A stretch of 59,325 nt of DNA, filler included. It is 5 parts of 5 records of this genome, joined end to end, with 100 filler letters (N's around TTAATTAATTAA, not from the genome) between each part and the next. Parts side by side here need not be neighbours in the genome. Positions count along the whole stretch, not along the records: positions 1 to 17,616 come from SRR2962707_2515; 4 more parts are not named here. One strand, 5' to 3'. The notes beneath the pieces are model-generated. The model did not search any database, was not told where the DNA came from, and worked only from the letters and a program-made list of their open reading frames with translations. The position numbers were made by a program, and so were the translations under genes. This document shows, piece by piece, positions 1 to 10,541 of the stretch. Within the stretch, counting starts at the first letter, position 1. Each line of letters opens with the position of its first letter.

Positions 1-1
1 T

Positions 2-997
<996 letters not shown>

Positions 998-1000
998 TTG

Positions 1001-1073
1001 AATGCCCGCACCAAAGTGCGGGCATTTCGATAGTAAAACGGCGTTTCAATGAAAGTTGAAACGCCGTTTTTTT
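1001..1073. terminator. Two tandem hairpins between convergent genes; the second is a bidirectional intrinsic terminator
   Basis: AATGCCCGCAC-caaa-GTGCGGGCATT (1001-1026) and AAAACGGCGTTTCAA-tgaaag-TTGAAACGCCGTTTT-TTT (1035-1073). Confidence 0.85.
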
Positions 1074-1089
1074 ATGCAAGTTCTGCTAT

Positions 1090-2055
1090 TCAGAGCCCCT
1101 GGGCCCCCCTGCGAAGCCAGTCATGCACAAACGCCAGCTTGTGGCGCGCGAAATCCGACAGAACAAAGGGGTACAGGTCAGACAGACCCATTGATCGGTT
1201 TACATGGTTCACGCCCATGGCGATGGACGCGGCGATATGGATCAAACGCTGGGCGTCTGGTTCTGAATAGGGATCCCAGTTCGGACCTGGCACTTCCGGA
1301 GAGGTTAAACCAGAGGCCACAAAGCTGTCGGTCAGGTCCGTCAGGTGTAACAGATGCGCCGCGGTTTCCGCCCAGTCTTCATGGGGATGGGCTGAGGCAT
1401 AGCTGGTGAGGTAGAACTTTTTCCAGTCTTGCGGCGGGCCGTTCTCATAGTGGTGCTGAAGTGCACCCGGGTAGCTGATGCGCTCGTCACCAAACATTGC
1501 GCGGAAGGCATCCAGGAAGTCCTCACGCAGGCTCAGGCGCCACCAGAGCATGTGGGCAATCTCGTGGCGCATGTGGCCAATCATCGTTCTGTAGGGCTCT
1601 TCCAGCGCCTCCCTGCGGGTGGTGCGCAGCACCGGGTCTGCCTCTGCGACACTGATGGTGACGACGCCCTGGGCGTGGCCCATTGGCACCGGAGTAGGGC
1701 CCTCGGCGAGCATATGGAACACCGGCCTTGCGCCGGGGTCTTCCGGGCGAAACCAATGCCAGCGCCCAAGATTGTCGATCACCCAGCGTTTGGCGGCCTC
1801 GGTTTGCGCCCAGTTGGGGATGGCGTTGGCGATGGACGGGTCTGGTGCCAGCGCCGTCATGGCACAGGCGCGGCAGAAGGCACCTTGCTCTGGTGCGATC
1901 CAGTTGCAGCCAATCACGTCCCTGTTAGCGCAGAACGGCGGCATCGGCAAAAAAGCTCGCGCCTGGGGGTCGTAGGCCACCGGGGTACCATCAGCCGTGG
2001 CAAGGTTGTCAAACCAGAGAGCGCCGGAACCGACGGGGTTGGCGAAAACGCGCAT
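1090..2055 (-). CDS. Putative zinc-binding metallopeptidase (DUF2248-like, N-terminal Cys cluster)
   Basis: HEIAH zinc motif, YASAHPHEDWAET motif, CAN...CNW...CRAC; start chosen at MRVFANP (2055). Confidence 0.85.
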   Translation of the reverse strand: MRVFANPVGSGALWFDNLATADGTPVAYDPQARAFLPMPPFCANRDVIGCNWIAPEQGAFCRACAMTALAPDPSIANAIPNWAQTEAAKRWVIDNLGRWHWFRPEDPGARPVFHMLAEGPTPVPMGHAQGVVTISVAEADPVLRTTRREALEEPYRTMIGHMRHEIAHMLWWRLSLREDFLDAFRAMFGDERISYPGALQHHYENGPPQDWKKFYLTSYASAHPHEDWAETAAHLLHLTDLTDSFVASGLTSPEVPGPNWDPYSEPDAQRLIHIAASIAMGVNHVNRSMGLSDLYPFVLSDFARHKLAFVHDWLRRGAQGL

Positions 2056-2131
2056 AAAGAAAGTCTTCCAGCGGAATGGACCCTGAGTATAGGAATTGAT
2101 CGCGCCGGATGTCCAACGTCGCATGGGCGGC

Positions 2132-2180
2132 TTGCCAGTTATTTCACATGCGTAGTATATTTGGTTCACATGTGAAATAA
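2132..2180 (+). promoter_or_regulatory. Probable MarR operator overlapping a sigma70-like promoter
   Basis: 12-bp inverted repeat TTATTTCACATG (2139-2150)/CATGTGAAATAA (2169-2180); palindrome TTCACATGTGAA; TTGCCA-18nt-TATATT. Confidence 0.65.
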
Positions 2181-2191
2181 ATGGCAGGCTT

Positions 2192-2605
2192 ATGGACAAA
2201 CGTTTTTTCTATCTGCTTAACAAGGCCCGCCATCGGGTATACAAACACGCTGACCAGCGCAGCGAAGAAGCGCTGGGAATTTCGGTAACCCAGGTGGGGG
2301 CGCTGTTGTTGGTTGCCGGCGACGAGGGATGTCTGTTGAAAGATCTCGCCCACAGCCTTCATTTGAACAGTTCCGCGTTGACGGGGCTGGCTGGGCGGAT
2401 GGAGAGCAAGGGCCTGTTGGAGAAGCGCACCTGCGACAGGGATGGCCGCGCATCCCGTTTGTATCTCACCGATGTCGGGCGCGAGAAGATCGAGAGCGCC
2501 AAACCGCTGATCACGGAATTGAACAACCGCATGACCGACGGTTTCAGTGATGAAGAAGTGACCGTCATCCTCAAGTTCCTCAACCATCTCGCCAACGATT
2601 TCTGA
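2192..2605 (+). CDS. MarR family transcriptional regulator
   Basis: 137 aa winged helix, DRDGRASRLYLTDVG wing motif. Confidence 0.92.
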   Translation: MDKRFFYLLNKARHRVYKHADQRSEEALGISVTQVGALLLVAGDEGCLLKDLAHSLHLNSSALTGLAGRMESKGLLEKRTCDRDGRASRLYLTDVGREKIESAKPLITELNNRMTDGFSDEEVTVILKFLNHLANDF

Positions 2606-2645
2606 CACCAGGGCAAGGTATTCGGCAAGTATCAGGAGAACTATC

Positions 2646-3524
2646 ATGAGTGCCAGGGAGTCTTCATTACCCCCAACCAATAGAAAGGATGTGCCCGTCA
2701 CAACGCCGGGTGGTCATCGAATCCAGCTTCGGGTATTTCCTGCGGCTCAGTCCAGTTCGGTCGTCATCGTAGCTGGCGCTATGGGTGTGGGGCAGCATTG
2801 CTACGAGAAATTCGCACGCTATCTGAGCAGCCAGGGCTTTACCGCGATAACCTTCGATTATTTCGGTATGGGCGCCTCCCAGAACAGCCATCTTCGGGAC
2901 TGCCCGGTCAAGGTGACGGAGTGGGGGAGCGAGGATTGCCAGGCGGTTATAGACTTCGCCCGGCAGCACTATCCCGGGCAGCGCCTTCAATGGATTGGTC
3001 ACAGCGTTGGTGGGCAGTTGCTGGGTATGACACCCAATGTAAACGAGCTGGATCACGCCGTCACCGTCGCCTGTGGCAGCGGTTATTGGCGTGAGAACTC
3101 ACCGCCCACCAAACGCATTGCCTGGTTTTTGTGGTATTTCATGGCACCTGTCAGTGTGCGGATGTTTGGCTATTTTCCCGGAAAGCGCCTGAACATCGTG
3201 GGTGACTTACCGCCCAATGTGATACGCCAGTGGCGGCAATGGTGCCTCGACCCCGAATACGCGGTGGGGAAAGAAGGCCGGGCACTGCGCGATCAGTTCG
3301 CTGCGGTAAAGGTACCCATTTCCGCCGTCGCCTTCTCTGATGACGAAATGATGTCCCGGCGGAATGTTGATTCACTGCACAGTTTCTACACTCACGCGGC
3401 TGTCACCATGCACCGAGTTAATCCGAAGGAGGTTGGCGAAAGTCGCATTGGCCATCTTGGGTGGTTCCGCGAGCAATATGAAACGTCGATCTGGCAAAAC
3501 ACGTTGCTGCCACTGCTTCGTTGA
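2646..3524 (+). CDS. Alpha/beta-fold hydrolase (COG4757-like)
   Basis: GHSVGG nucleophile elbow, FDYFGMG, DDEM, GHLGWF. Confidence 0.9.
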   Translation: MSARESSLPPTNRKDVPVTTPGGHRIQLRVFPAAQSSSVVIVAGAMGVGQHCYEKFARYLSSQGFTAITFDYFGMGASQNSHLRDCPVKVTEWGSEDCQAVIDFARQHYPGQRLQWIGHSVGGQLLGMTPNVNELDHAVTVACGSGYWRENSPPTKRIAWFLWYFMAPVSVRMFGYFPGKRLNIVGDLPPNVIRQWRQWCLDPEYAVGKEGRALRDQFAAVKVPISAVAFSDDEMMSRRNVDSLHSFYTHAAVTMHRVNPKEVGESRIGHLGWFREQYETSIWQNTLLPLLR

Positions 3525-3554
3525 TCGGGCAGAATGTTCACTCTGGCGGGCGCT

Positions 3555-4847
3555 TCAGTGCGCCGATTTTCGCGCCCGCCAGAATCGAGCGATGGTCGGT
3601 TTAACGCTTACGCCATGAACCAGGATCGACAGGGCGACCACCACCAGGGTCAGGTGAATCAACTCCAGGGCAATGTTTTCCGGTAGCCCATGTTGGATGG
3701 CGTACATCAGATAGTAGAGAGAACCAATGCCCCGCACACCGAACCAACCTGCGAGATTTCTCAACCGGATCGGCGCCTTGCTGCCGAGCAGGCCAAGGTG
3801 AACACTGATGGGGCGGGCGACGAAGAACAGAAAGGCGGCGAAACCAACCGCGCGCCAGCTCCATGAATCCCAGAACAGGGAACCGCCAATCAGCAGGACC
3901 AGAACGATTTCTGCCAGCCTCTCCAGATGTTCGTTGAATATCAGAGAGCTCTGATGCACATGGGCGATGGCCAGCGGCGCCTCGCCCGGATAGGTTTCTC
4001 CGGACGTTGCATCTGAATAGGACTGCTTAAGACCGGCCAGCTTCAGTTCGGTATGCCGCAATGCCACTGCCGCGCTGAATACCGCCAGAAATCCCCAGGC
4101 ATTGACCAGCAGACTGATGCCATAGGCAAACGCAATCAGGCCCAGCCCAAGGAAACTTTCCAGAAACTCGGAGTGGGTGAACGTGGTGCGCAGTTTCTGA
4201 ACCAGCCAGCCGACCAGGCAGCCGGCCACAATGCCGATGACGATTCCCGCGCCGCTGGCCCAGACAACATCAACCGCGAACCATCGCCACCCGACGTCTC
4301 CCAGATCATGCAAACCTAACAGTCCGAGCCCCAGCATCACGAAAGGAAAGGCGCTGCCGTCGTTCATTCCGGCTTCACTGGTTAGCGCAAACCGCAGCCG
4401 GTCAGGATCATCGGCATGCCGAACCTGTACTTCGGTGGCAAGCACCGGATCGGTGGGCGCCACTACGGCACCAAGCAGTACGGCTGCGCCTAGGGGCAGG
4501 GCCAGCCAGAAGTATCCAAACAGCGCCACAATACCCACGGTCAGCGACATTGACACAACCGCCAGTCTCAGGGGGTTGCGCCAGCGCCTGAAGGTCACCG
4601 GGGCGGGCATTTTAACGCCCGCGCAGTACAGCGAAATCAACACGGCTATTTCGGTCAGTAGTTCCAGCAGTGCGGATTCTTCAAGTGGGTTGAAGTGGAA
4701 CAGTCCAAAGCCCATCGGGCCGACAACAAAACCGACCAGCAGGTACACAATGGCTGACGTGGCAGGCCCGTTTTTGATATAGGACGCCGTAAAGCCCACT
4801 AACAGAAGAAGGGCGCCCAGTAATAGAAACCAGGTAGCAGTGGTCAT
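3555..4847 (-). CDS. CPA1/NhaP-type cation:proton antiporter
   Basis: Many transmembrane segments; APTDPVLA, EAGMNDG and WFGVRGIGS motifs. Confidence 0.92.
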   Translation of the reverse strand: MTTATWFLLLGALLLLVGFTASYIKNGPATSAIVYLLVGFVVGPMGFGLFHFNPLEESALLELLTEIAVLISLYCAGVKMPAPVTFRRWRNPLRLAVVSMSLTVGIVALFGYFWLALPLGAAVLLGAVVAPTDPVLATEVQVRHADDPDRLRFALTSEAGMNDGSAFPFVMLGLGLLGLHDLGDVGWRWFAVDVVWASGAGIVIGIVAGCLVGWLVQKLRTTFTHSEFLESFLGLGLIAFAYGISLLVNAWGFLAVFSAAVALRHTELKLAGLKQSYSDATSGETYPGEAPLAIAHVHQSSLIFNEHLERLAEIVLVLLIGGSLFWDSWSWRAVGFAAFLFFVARPISVHLGLLGSKAPIRLRNLAGWFGVRGIGSLYYLMYAIQHGLPENIALELIHLTLVVVALSILVHGVSVKPTIARFWRARKSAH

Positions 4848-5004
4848 AGGTAACTCAGTAAGAGAGTGGTGAAGTAAAGGCCTCGCGGTAATCGAGATTC
4901 CTAACGATGCGCTCTTATCCGGAATTCTGCCAGCGGAAAGCCCCGAGTTTCCTATACGGTTCAGTAATTACCGATGCGGCCGCGGGTATCGGTGAATCGG
5001 GGGC

Positions 5005-5035
5005 TTGACCTAAACTAAGGTTTAGGTCTTATCGT
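5005..5035 (+). promoter_or_regulatory. MerR/SoxR-type promoter: 19-bp spacer with a dyad operator
   Basis: TTGACC (5005-5010), 19 nt, TATCGT (5030-5035); dyad GACCTAAAC-taag-GTTTAGGTC (5007-5028). Confidence 0.82.
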
Positions 5036-5074
5036 CCATAACCACATCCACAATACAGCGAGGAGACCAATATC

Positions 5075-5161
5075 ATGAGCCAGGACATTGAGGTGGGCGT
5101 TATCTATGGCAGCATCCGTGAGGCCCGGCGTAACAATCCTTATGGGGAGGTAACGGCATGA
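5075..5161 (+). pseudogene. Internally deleted NADPH-dependent FMN reductase remnant (28 aa)
   Basis: AGGAGA RBS then MSQDIEVGVIYGSIREARRNNPYGEVTA*; the N-terminal GSxR motif runs into a C-terminus-like tail; ATGA overlap with the next gene. Confidence 0.72.
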
Positions 5162-6303
5162 ATACAGCGGTTAAGGAAGACTCTATTTCCCTGAACGGAG
5201 CACGTGTTCTGGTGTTGGGGCGTTCCGATGCGGTCCTGGAAGCGGTGCTGGGTGAACTCACGGCCCTGGGTATCGATGCCCAGGGCACGGCTGAGCCTGA
5301 GAAGGCAACGGAACGTTACGACGCCCGGGATTATGATCTCATTGCTCTTGGGCGAGGTTTTCTTGGTGAAGCCGGCCAGTCCCTCAAAGCACAGTTCCGG
5401 GAGCGCAACGCCGATGTGCGCTTCCTGGATACCTACGCCCCCTTTGCGGTCTATGAGATTGCCACGGCTCTGGAGTGCTCGTACCCACCGAATGTGGACC
5501 TGGAGCCTTACCTGGCACGCATCGGTAGTGAGGGGCCCATGGCACCGACCCTGGAGACTCTCAAAGAACTCCATGAGCGCCATCCGGACGCCATCCCGTT
5601 CGAGGCCATTGATGTACTGCTGGAGCGCGGCGTGAATATCGCCCCGGATGCCGTAGAAGACAAGCTGGTCCATGGCAGGCGCGGTGGTTACTGCTTTGAG
5701 CACAATGGCCTGTTCAAGAGAGTGCTTGAGGCCATCGGTTTCCACGTGGAAGGCCTTTCTGCCCGCGTACGCTGGAATGCAGCACCCGGCACGGCCCCGC
5801 AGCCATACTCTCACATGGCGCTAAGGGTTGTTGTGGACAACGTGCCGTGGCTGGTGGACGTGGGTTTTGGAGGCTGCGTACTCACGACGCCGCTCCGCAT
5901 GGACACGATAGAACCCCAGGCCACTTCCCACGAGACTTTCCGGCTGATCCCGTTCGGGCCGGGAATGCTGCTACAGATGTGGATAGACGAGCAATGGAAG
6001 CCCGTCTACGAGTTGTCTGGCGAACCCCGTCTGGAAGGTGACTACGAGGTTGCCAACTGGTACACCGCTGAGCACCCGGATTCACACTTCCGGAAAAACC
6101 TGATGGTGGCTCGCACCAGCACGGAGGCCCGCTACACACTGCTGAACGGCCGCTATACGGTCCGTTACTCCGATGGCCGTACTCACCGGGAGGTCCTGGA
6201 GGCAGGTGGTATAGAACGGGTGCTGGCGGATACATTCCAACTGCCGGTGCAACCGGACTGGCGCCCAATGATTGAGCGTGCTGCCTCATTGACCGAGCGC
6301 TAG
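5158..6303 (+). CDS. Arylamine N-acetyltransferase with an ~105-aa extra N-terminal domain
   Basis: IPFE, RRGGYCFEHN (Cys), SHM (His), VDVGFGG (Asp) triad motifs. Confidence 0.92.
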   Translation: MNTAVKEDSISLNGARVLVLGRSDAVLEAVLGELTALGIDAQGTAEPEKATERYDARDYDLIALGRGFLGEAGQSLKAQFRERNADVRFLDTYAPFAVYEIATALECSYPPNVDLEPYLARIGSEGPMAPTLETLKELHERHPDAIPFEAIDVLLERGVNIAPDAVEDKLVHGRRGGYCFEHNGLFKRVLEAIGFHVEGLSARVRWNAAPGTAPQPYSHMALRVVVDNVPWLVDVGFGGCVLTTPLRMDTIEPQATSHETFRLIPFGPGMLLQMWIDEQWKPVYELSGEPRLEGDYEVANWYTAEHPDSHFRKNLMVARTSTEARYTLLNGRYTVRYSDGRTHREVLEAGGIERVLADTFQLPVQPDWRPMIERAASLTER

Positions 6304-6320
6304 CATGGCCCCTGCTGAAT

Positions 6321-7016
6321 TCAGTCCCCCGTGAGGGCCTGATTCACGGCCTGCGCCGCATGGATCGCCGTTGTGTCATACAGCGGGACGGGGGTATCGG
6401 TCTGCTTGATCAGCAGGCCGATTTCCGTGCATCCCAGGATGACCGCTTGCACACCTTGCTCGGCCAGTGAGTTGATGACGGCCAGATACGCCTCCCGGGA
6501 AGCCGCCTGGATCTCGCCCTGGCAGAGTTCTTCGTAGATGACCCGATGAACCTCCGCCCGCTGGGGGGCATCGGGTGTGACCACCTCAATGCCAGCCGCT
6601 TCCAGGCGCTCGCGGTAGAAGGCCTGCTCCATGGTAAACCGTGTGCCCAAGAGCCCCACGCGCTGGATATTGTCCTGTGTCAGCACGTTCGCTGTGGCAT
6701 CGGCAATGTGAAGCAGGGGGATGTTGATAGCCTCTTCAATCTCCGGCGCTACTTTGTGCATGGTGTTGGTGCCGATCATCAGAAAATCCGCTCCGGCGTT
6801 CTCCAGGGAAAGCGCTGCGCCGGAAAGAATTCTGGCGGTTGCCGGCCAGTCTCCCTGGTGTTGAAGCGCTTCAATTTCCGCGAAGTCCACGCTGTAGAGC
6901 ACCAGCTTTGCGGAATGCAATCCGCCCAGACGTGATTTCACGCCCTCATTGATCAGCCGGTAATAGGTTTGAGTGGATTCCCAACTCATGCCGCCAAGAA
7001 GGCCAATGGTTTTCAT
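6321..7016 (-). CDS. Aspartate/glutamate racemase family protein (YgeA/RacX-like)
   Basis: MKTIGLLGGMSWEST, TNTMH, ILGCTEI. Confidence 0.95.
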   Translation of the reverse strand: MKTIGLLGGMSWESTQTYYRLINEGVKSRLGGLHSAKLVLYSVDFAEIEALQHQGDWPATARILSGAALSLENAGADFLMIGTNTMHKVAPEIEEAINIPLLHIADATANVLTQDNIQRVGLLGTRFTMEQAFYRERLEAAGIEVVTPDAPQRAEVHRVIYEELCQGEIQAASREAYLAVINSLAEQGVQAVILGCTEIGLLIKQTDTPVPLYDTTAIHAAQAVNQALTGD

Positions 7017-7150
7017 AAAACGCTCCCTGTTCTAACAATGGTAGACACGATGAGACTAACAAATACGTCCGTAGCTGTATTGGATAGTTGAACATCTCAG
7101 GTATTCGGGGCAATGTGGAACTTCCTGAACATACGCATAGGAGCGGTGCC

Positions 7151-8065
7151 GTGAGTAATGTATTGGAGTCTGCCGAACAACGTTGCGACGCTATCGAGGC
7201 ACCCTGCAGTGCAATTCAAACCATACTGAGCCCTCGCATCACGGATCTGGGTGGTTTCTCCGTGCGCCGCCTGCTACCGACTGCAAAACAGAAAATGGTT
7301 GGCCCCTGGATCTTTTTTGATGAAATGGGGCCGGCGGATTTTCCGGCGGGGCAGGGCATCAATGTGCGCCCGCATCCGCACATTGGCATAGCAACCGTGA
7401 CCTACCTGTTCGAGGGCGAGATTCTCCATCGGGATTCCATCGGCAGCCTCCAGCCCATCCGCCCCGGCGACATTAACCTGATGGTGGCCGGTCGTGGCAT
7501 CACCCATTCTGAACGTGAACGCCCCAGCATCACAGTAGAGGATCACCGGCTGCATGGCCTGCAGCTTTGGCTGGCGCTGCCGGAAGACCACGAGGAGACA
7601 GAGCCAGCTTTCCATCATTATCCAAGTGACGACATCCCAGCGATCACCATCCAGGATGTCCCGGTACGGGTTATGATCGGTAGCGCCTATGGTGTGGTTT
7701 CGCCGGTGCGACAATTCAGCGACACCCTATATCTGGAAGCCTCCCTCAAGGCCGGGCAGACACTCGAGCTGCCCGATGCCCCCGAACGTGCTGTTTACGT
7801 GGCCCAGGGCGGCCTGACGGCCCACGGCTCCGAATTGCCAGCGCACAGTATGACTGTGTTTGCTCGTGAACCGGGTGTATCCGTCACCGCTACGGAAGAC
7901 ACCCGCATCGCGGTGATCGGCGGTGAACCGGTAGGCCGCCGGTTTATCGAATGGAACTTTGTATCGTCCCGGAAAGAACGAATCGAACAAGCCAAGGACG
8001 ATTGGCGGGCAGGGCGGTTTGATAAGGTGGTTGGGGATGAGGCGGAGTTCATTCCTTACGAATAA
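7151..8065 (+). CDS. Pirin family protein
   Basis: VRPHPHIGIATVTYLF, GITHSE, LQLWLALP; GTG start after AGGAG. Confidence 0.93.
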   Translation: MSNVLESAEQRCDAIEAPCSAIQTILSPRITDLGGFSVRRLLPTAKQKMVGPWIFFDEMGPADFPAGQGINVRPHPHIGIATVTYLFEGEILHRDSIGSLQPIRPGDINLMVAGRGITHSERERPSITVEDHRLHGLQLWLALPEDHEETEPAFHHYPSDDIPAITIQDVPVRVMIGSAYGVVSPVRQFSDTLYLEASLKAGQTLELPDAPERAVYVAQGGLTAHGSELPAHSMTVFAREPGVSVTATEDTRIAVIGGEPVGRRFIEWNFVSSRKERIEQAKDDWRAGRFDKVVGDEAEFIPYE

Positions 8066-8157
8066 AGCGCTTTCCTGTTCGGGTTATGGTTGAATGGAAT
8101 TTGATCAGATAGGCAGTCGCGTGTCTGTGAAACAGGATTGCGGTCGGAGCAACTGTC

Positions 8158-9189
8158 ATGAGCGAGGATGTGCTTTCCGGATTGCTTCGTCGTATTCGCC
8201 TGCGCGGAGCACTGTTCTTTCACGTTGAATGTGCAGGTACCTGGGTGATCGAGGCGCCCGCCTCGGTCTTGATTTCTGGCGCCGTCCTGCCGGCCTCTGA
8301 GCATCTGATGGAATACCATGTTGTGCTGCATGGGACCTGTTGGGCAGGCATAACGGGGGAGCCATCGTTTGAAATGAACGCCGGGGATGTCATTCTCTTT
8401 CCCCATGGTGATGCCCATGTGATGTCCTGTGCTCCCGGACTCAGGGCGGAGCCCGACCTTCCATTCCTGATTGCAAATCTCAAACGGCGTGCCGGCTTAC
8501 CGTTTATGGTGCACCAGCAGGACAACAAACGCGTGCGCTCGGCCACTCCTCATGACGAAACCGACATGTCCCAGCCAGTTGCCACGCTGTTGTGCGGCTT
8601 TCTGGGATGCGATCTCGGCCCCTTCAATCCTTTGCTCACGTCATTACCACGGATTATCCATGCTCGGGCCAGCGAGTTGTCTGAAAACAGCTGGACCGGC
8701 CAGTTGGCCAGGCTTGCGCAAGCCGAATCTGGCGCGAGACGGCCTGGTGGTGAAGCCGTTCTGGAACGGATGAGTGAAATGATGTTTGTGGATCTTATCC
8801 GGCTTTACCTGAGCACGATGCCGAAAACGCAGACCGGATGGCTCGCGGCCTTGAAGGATCGGCACCTGAGCCGGGTTCTCAGCCTGATGCACAGCCAGCC
8901 GGCGGAAGCCTGGACCCTGGAAAAGCTCTCGAGTCATGCCGGCCTTTCGCGCTCGGCGCTGCAGGAGCGTTTCGTTGAACTGATTGGGCGGCCACCCATG
9001 CAGTATCTTCGATGCTGGCGGATGCAGGTGGCGTCGAACCTATTGGTTGAAAGTAACGCCAAGCTGGCCACCATCGCCCATAAAGTGGGTTACGAGTCGG
9101 AAGAAGCGTTCAGTCGCTCGTTCAAGCGTGCCGTTGGACAAGCCCCGGCGACCTGGCGCCGGGAGAGGTCGTTCCATGAACTCCGGTAG
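8158..9189 (+). CDS. AraC family regulator with N-terminal cupin domain
   Basis: WTLEKLS...GLSRSAL...VGYESEEAFSRSFKR helix-turn-helix region. Confidence 0.92.
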   Translation: MSEDVLSGLLRRIRLRGALFFHVECAGTWVIEAPASVLISGAVLPASEHLMEYHVVLHGTCWAGITGEPSFEMNAGDVILFPHGDAHVMSCAPGLRAEPDLPFLIANLKRRAGLPFMVHQQDNKRVRSATPHDETDMSQPVATLLCGFLGCDLGPFNPLLTSLPRIIHARASELSENSWTGQLARLAQAESGARRPGGEAVLERMSEMMFVDLIRLYLSTMPKTQTGWLAALKDRHLSRVLSLMHSQPAEAWTLEKLSSHAGLSRSALQERFVELIGRPPMQYLRCWRMQVASNLLVESNAKLATIAHKVGYESEEAFSRSFKRAVGQAPATWRRERSFHELR

Positions 9190-9342
9190 ATCAGTCATGC
9201 TTGCCGGGCGGATGATCATTTTGCCCGAACCGGAATACCTCCACTATGGTCATGTGAGCTGCGTGCCCGGTTTTCCTCAGGGAAGAGAGTAGGTTCGTCG
9301 CCACGACAACCTCATACCTCCACGAAATCCGGGAGAACGATC

Positions 9343-10416
9343 ATGGAAGCAACTCAAGTTTTTGATGAAAACAAACTCAATGCCTTTGTCGGGCAGGTTC
9401 TTGGAGACCTTGGTGGCGCCTACAGCGCCGCCCTGGTCAAGATGGGTGATCGGCTAGGCCTGTATCGGGAGCTACAAAGTGGCGGGCCGGCAACCTCGTC
9501 TGAGCTCGCCGAGAGAACCGGCTATTCCGAGCGCTATCTACGGGAATGGCTGGCCCATCAGGCGGCCTCGACTTACCTGGACTACAACCAGGCAACCAGG
9601 CGTTTCCGATTGCCTCCGGAGCAGGCGATGGTATTCGCAGATGAGAACAGCCCGGTTTATATGATTGGGGGCTTCGAAAATGCCTTTACTACGTTCGAGA
9701 ACGAACCAAAGGTGCGCGCTGCGTTCCGCACAGGTGAAGGCGTTGCCTGGGGTGACCAGGCTCAATGTATGTTCTGCGCCGTCGCCAAGTTCTTTCGCCC
9801 AGGCTACGTGCACAACCTGGTTCAGAGCTGGTTGCCCGCCCTGGACGGTGTGGTAGAGAAATTGCAGCGCGGAGCCAGGGTTGCCGATCTTGGCTGCGGC
9901 CATGGCCACTCCACTCTGTTGATGGCAGCGGCGTTTCCCAACTCGACGTTTGTGGGGTTCGACTTCCATGGGGGCTCCATTGACGCTGCCAATGCACATC
10001 GTGAAGAACACGGCCTTGACCCCGGCCGGGTGCGCTTTGAGCAGGCGACGGCGAGTGATTTCGAGGAAGGCGATTTCGATCTGGTAACCTGTTTTGATGC
10101 CCTGCACGACATGGGAGACCCAGCGGGTACGGCCGCCCATGTGTTCGAAAAACTCAAACCGGATGGCACCTGGATGGTGGTTGAACCAATGGCCGCCGAC
10201 GAACTCAGTGATAACTTCAACCCGGTTGGACGGCTGTTCTACGCAGCATCCACCAGTATCTGTGTGCCCACAGCCCTGGCACAGAAGACTGGTCTCGCGC
10301 TCGGCGCTCAGGCGGGAGAGCGAAAGCTGACAGAAGTAATCAAAGAAGGCGGTTTCCGCAAGGTCCGCAGAGCGGCGGAAACTCCGTTCAACATTGTTCT
10401 GGAAGCGCGCGCCTGA
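9343..10416 (+). CDS. Class I SAM-dependent methyltransferase with N-terminal winged HTH
   Basis: GDRLGLY...ERYLREWL; VADLGCGHG; FDALHDMGDP. Confidence 0.92.
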   Translation: MEATQVFDENKLNAFVGQVLGDLGGAYSAALVKMGDRLGLYRELQSGGPATSSELAERTGYSERYLREWLAHQAASTYLDYNQATRRFRLPPEQAMVFADENSPVYMIGGFENAFTTFENEPKVRAAFRTGEGVAWGDQAQCMFCAVAKFFRPGYVHNLVQSWLPALDGVVEKLQRGARVADLGCGHGHSTLLMAAAFPNSTFVGFDFHGGSIDAANAHREEHGLDPGRVRFEQATASDFEEGDFDLVTCFDALHDMGDPAGTAAHVFEKLKPDGTWMVVEPMAADELSDNFNPVGRLFYAASTSICVPTALAQKTGLALGAQAGERKLTEVIKEGGFRKVRRAAETPFNIVLEARA

Positions 10417-10427
10417 ACTCGGTGCAT

Positions 10428-10459
10428 GAGGTTCCAGGGGAAATATCGCCTGGAACCTC
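10428..10459 (+). terminator. Stem-loop after the methyltransferase
   Basis: GAGGTTCCAGG-10nt-CCTGGAACCTC; weak U-tract. Confidence 0.5.
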
Positions 10460-10541
10460 TTCGCGAACCGCAATTTTGTTCAATACCCGCTTCGGTGTTC
10501 GGGGCAAACTCCGCTCATAACCTGAACGGAGAATACCATCC

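Noticed and set aside
9538-10473. 311-aa minus-strand ORF
   Set aside because: Antisense shadow of the methyltransferase in GC-rich DNA.
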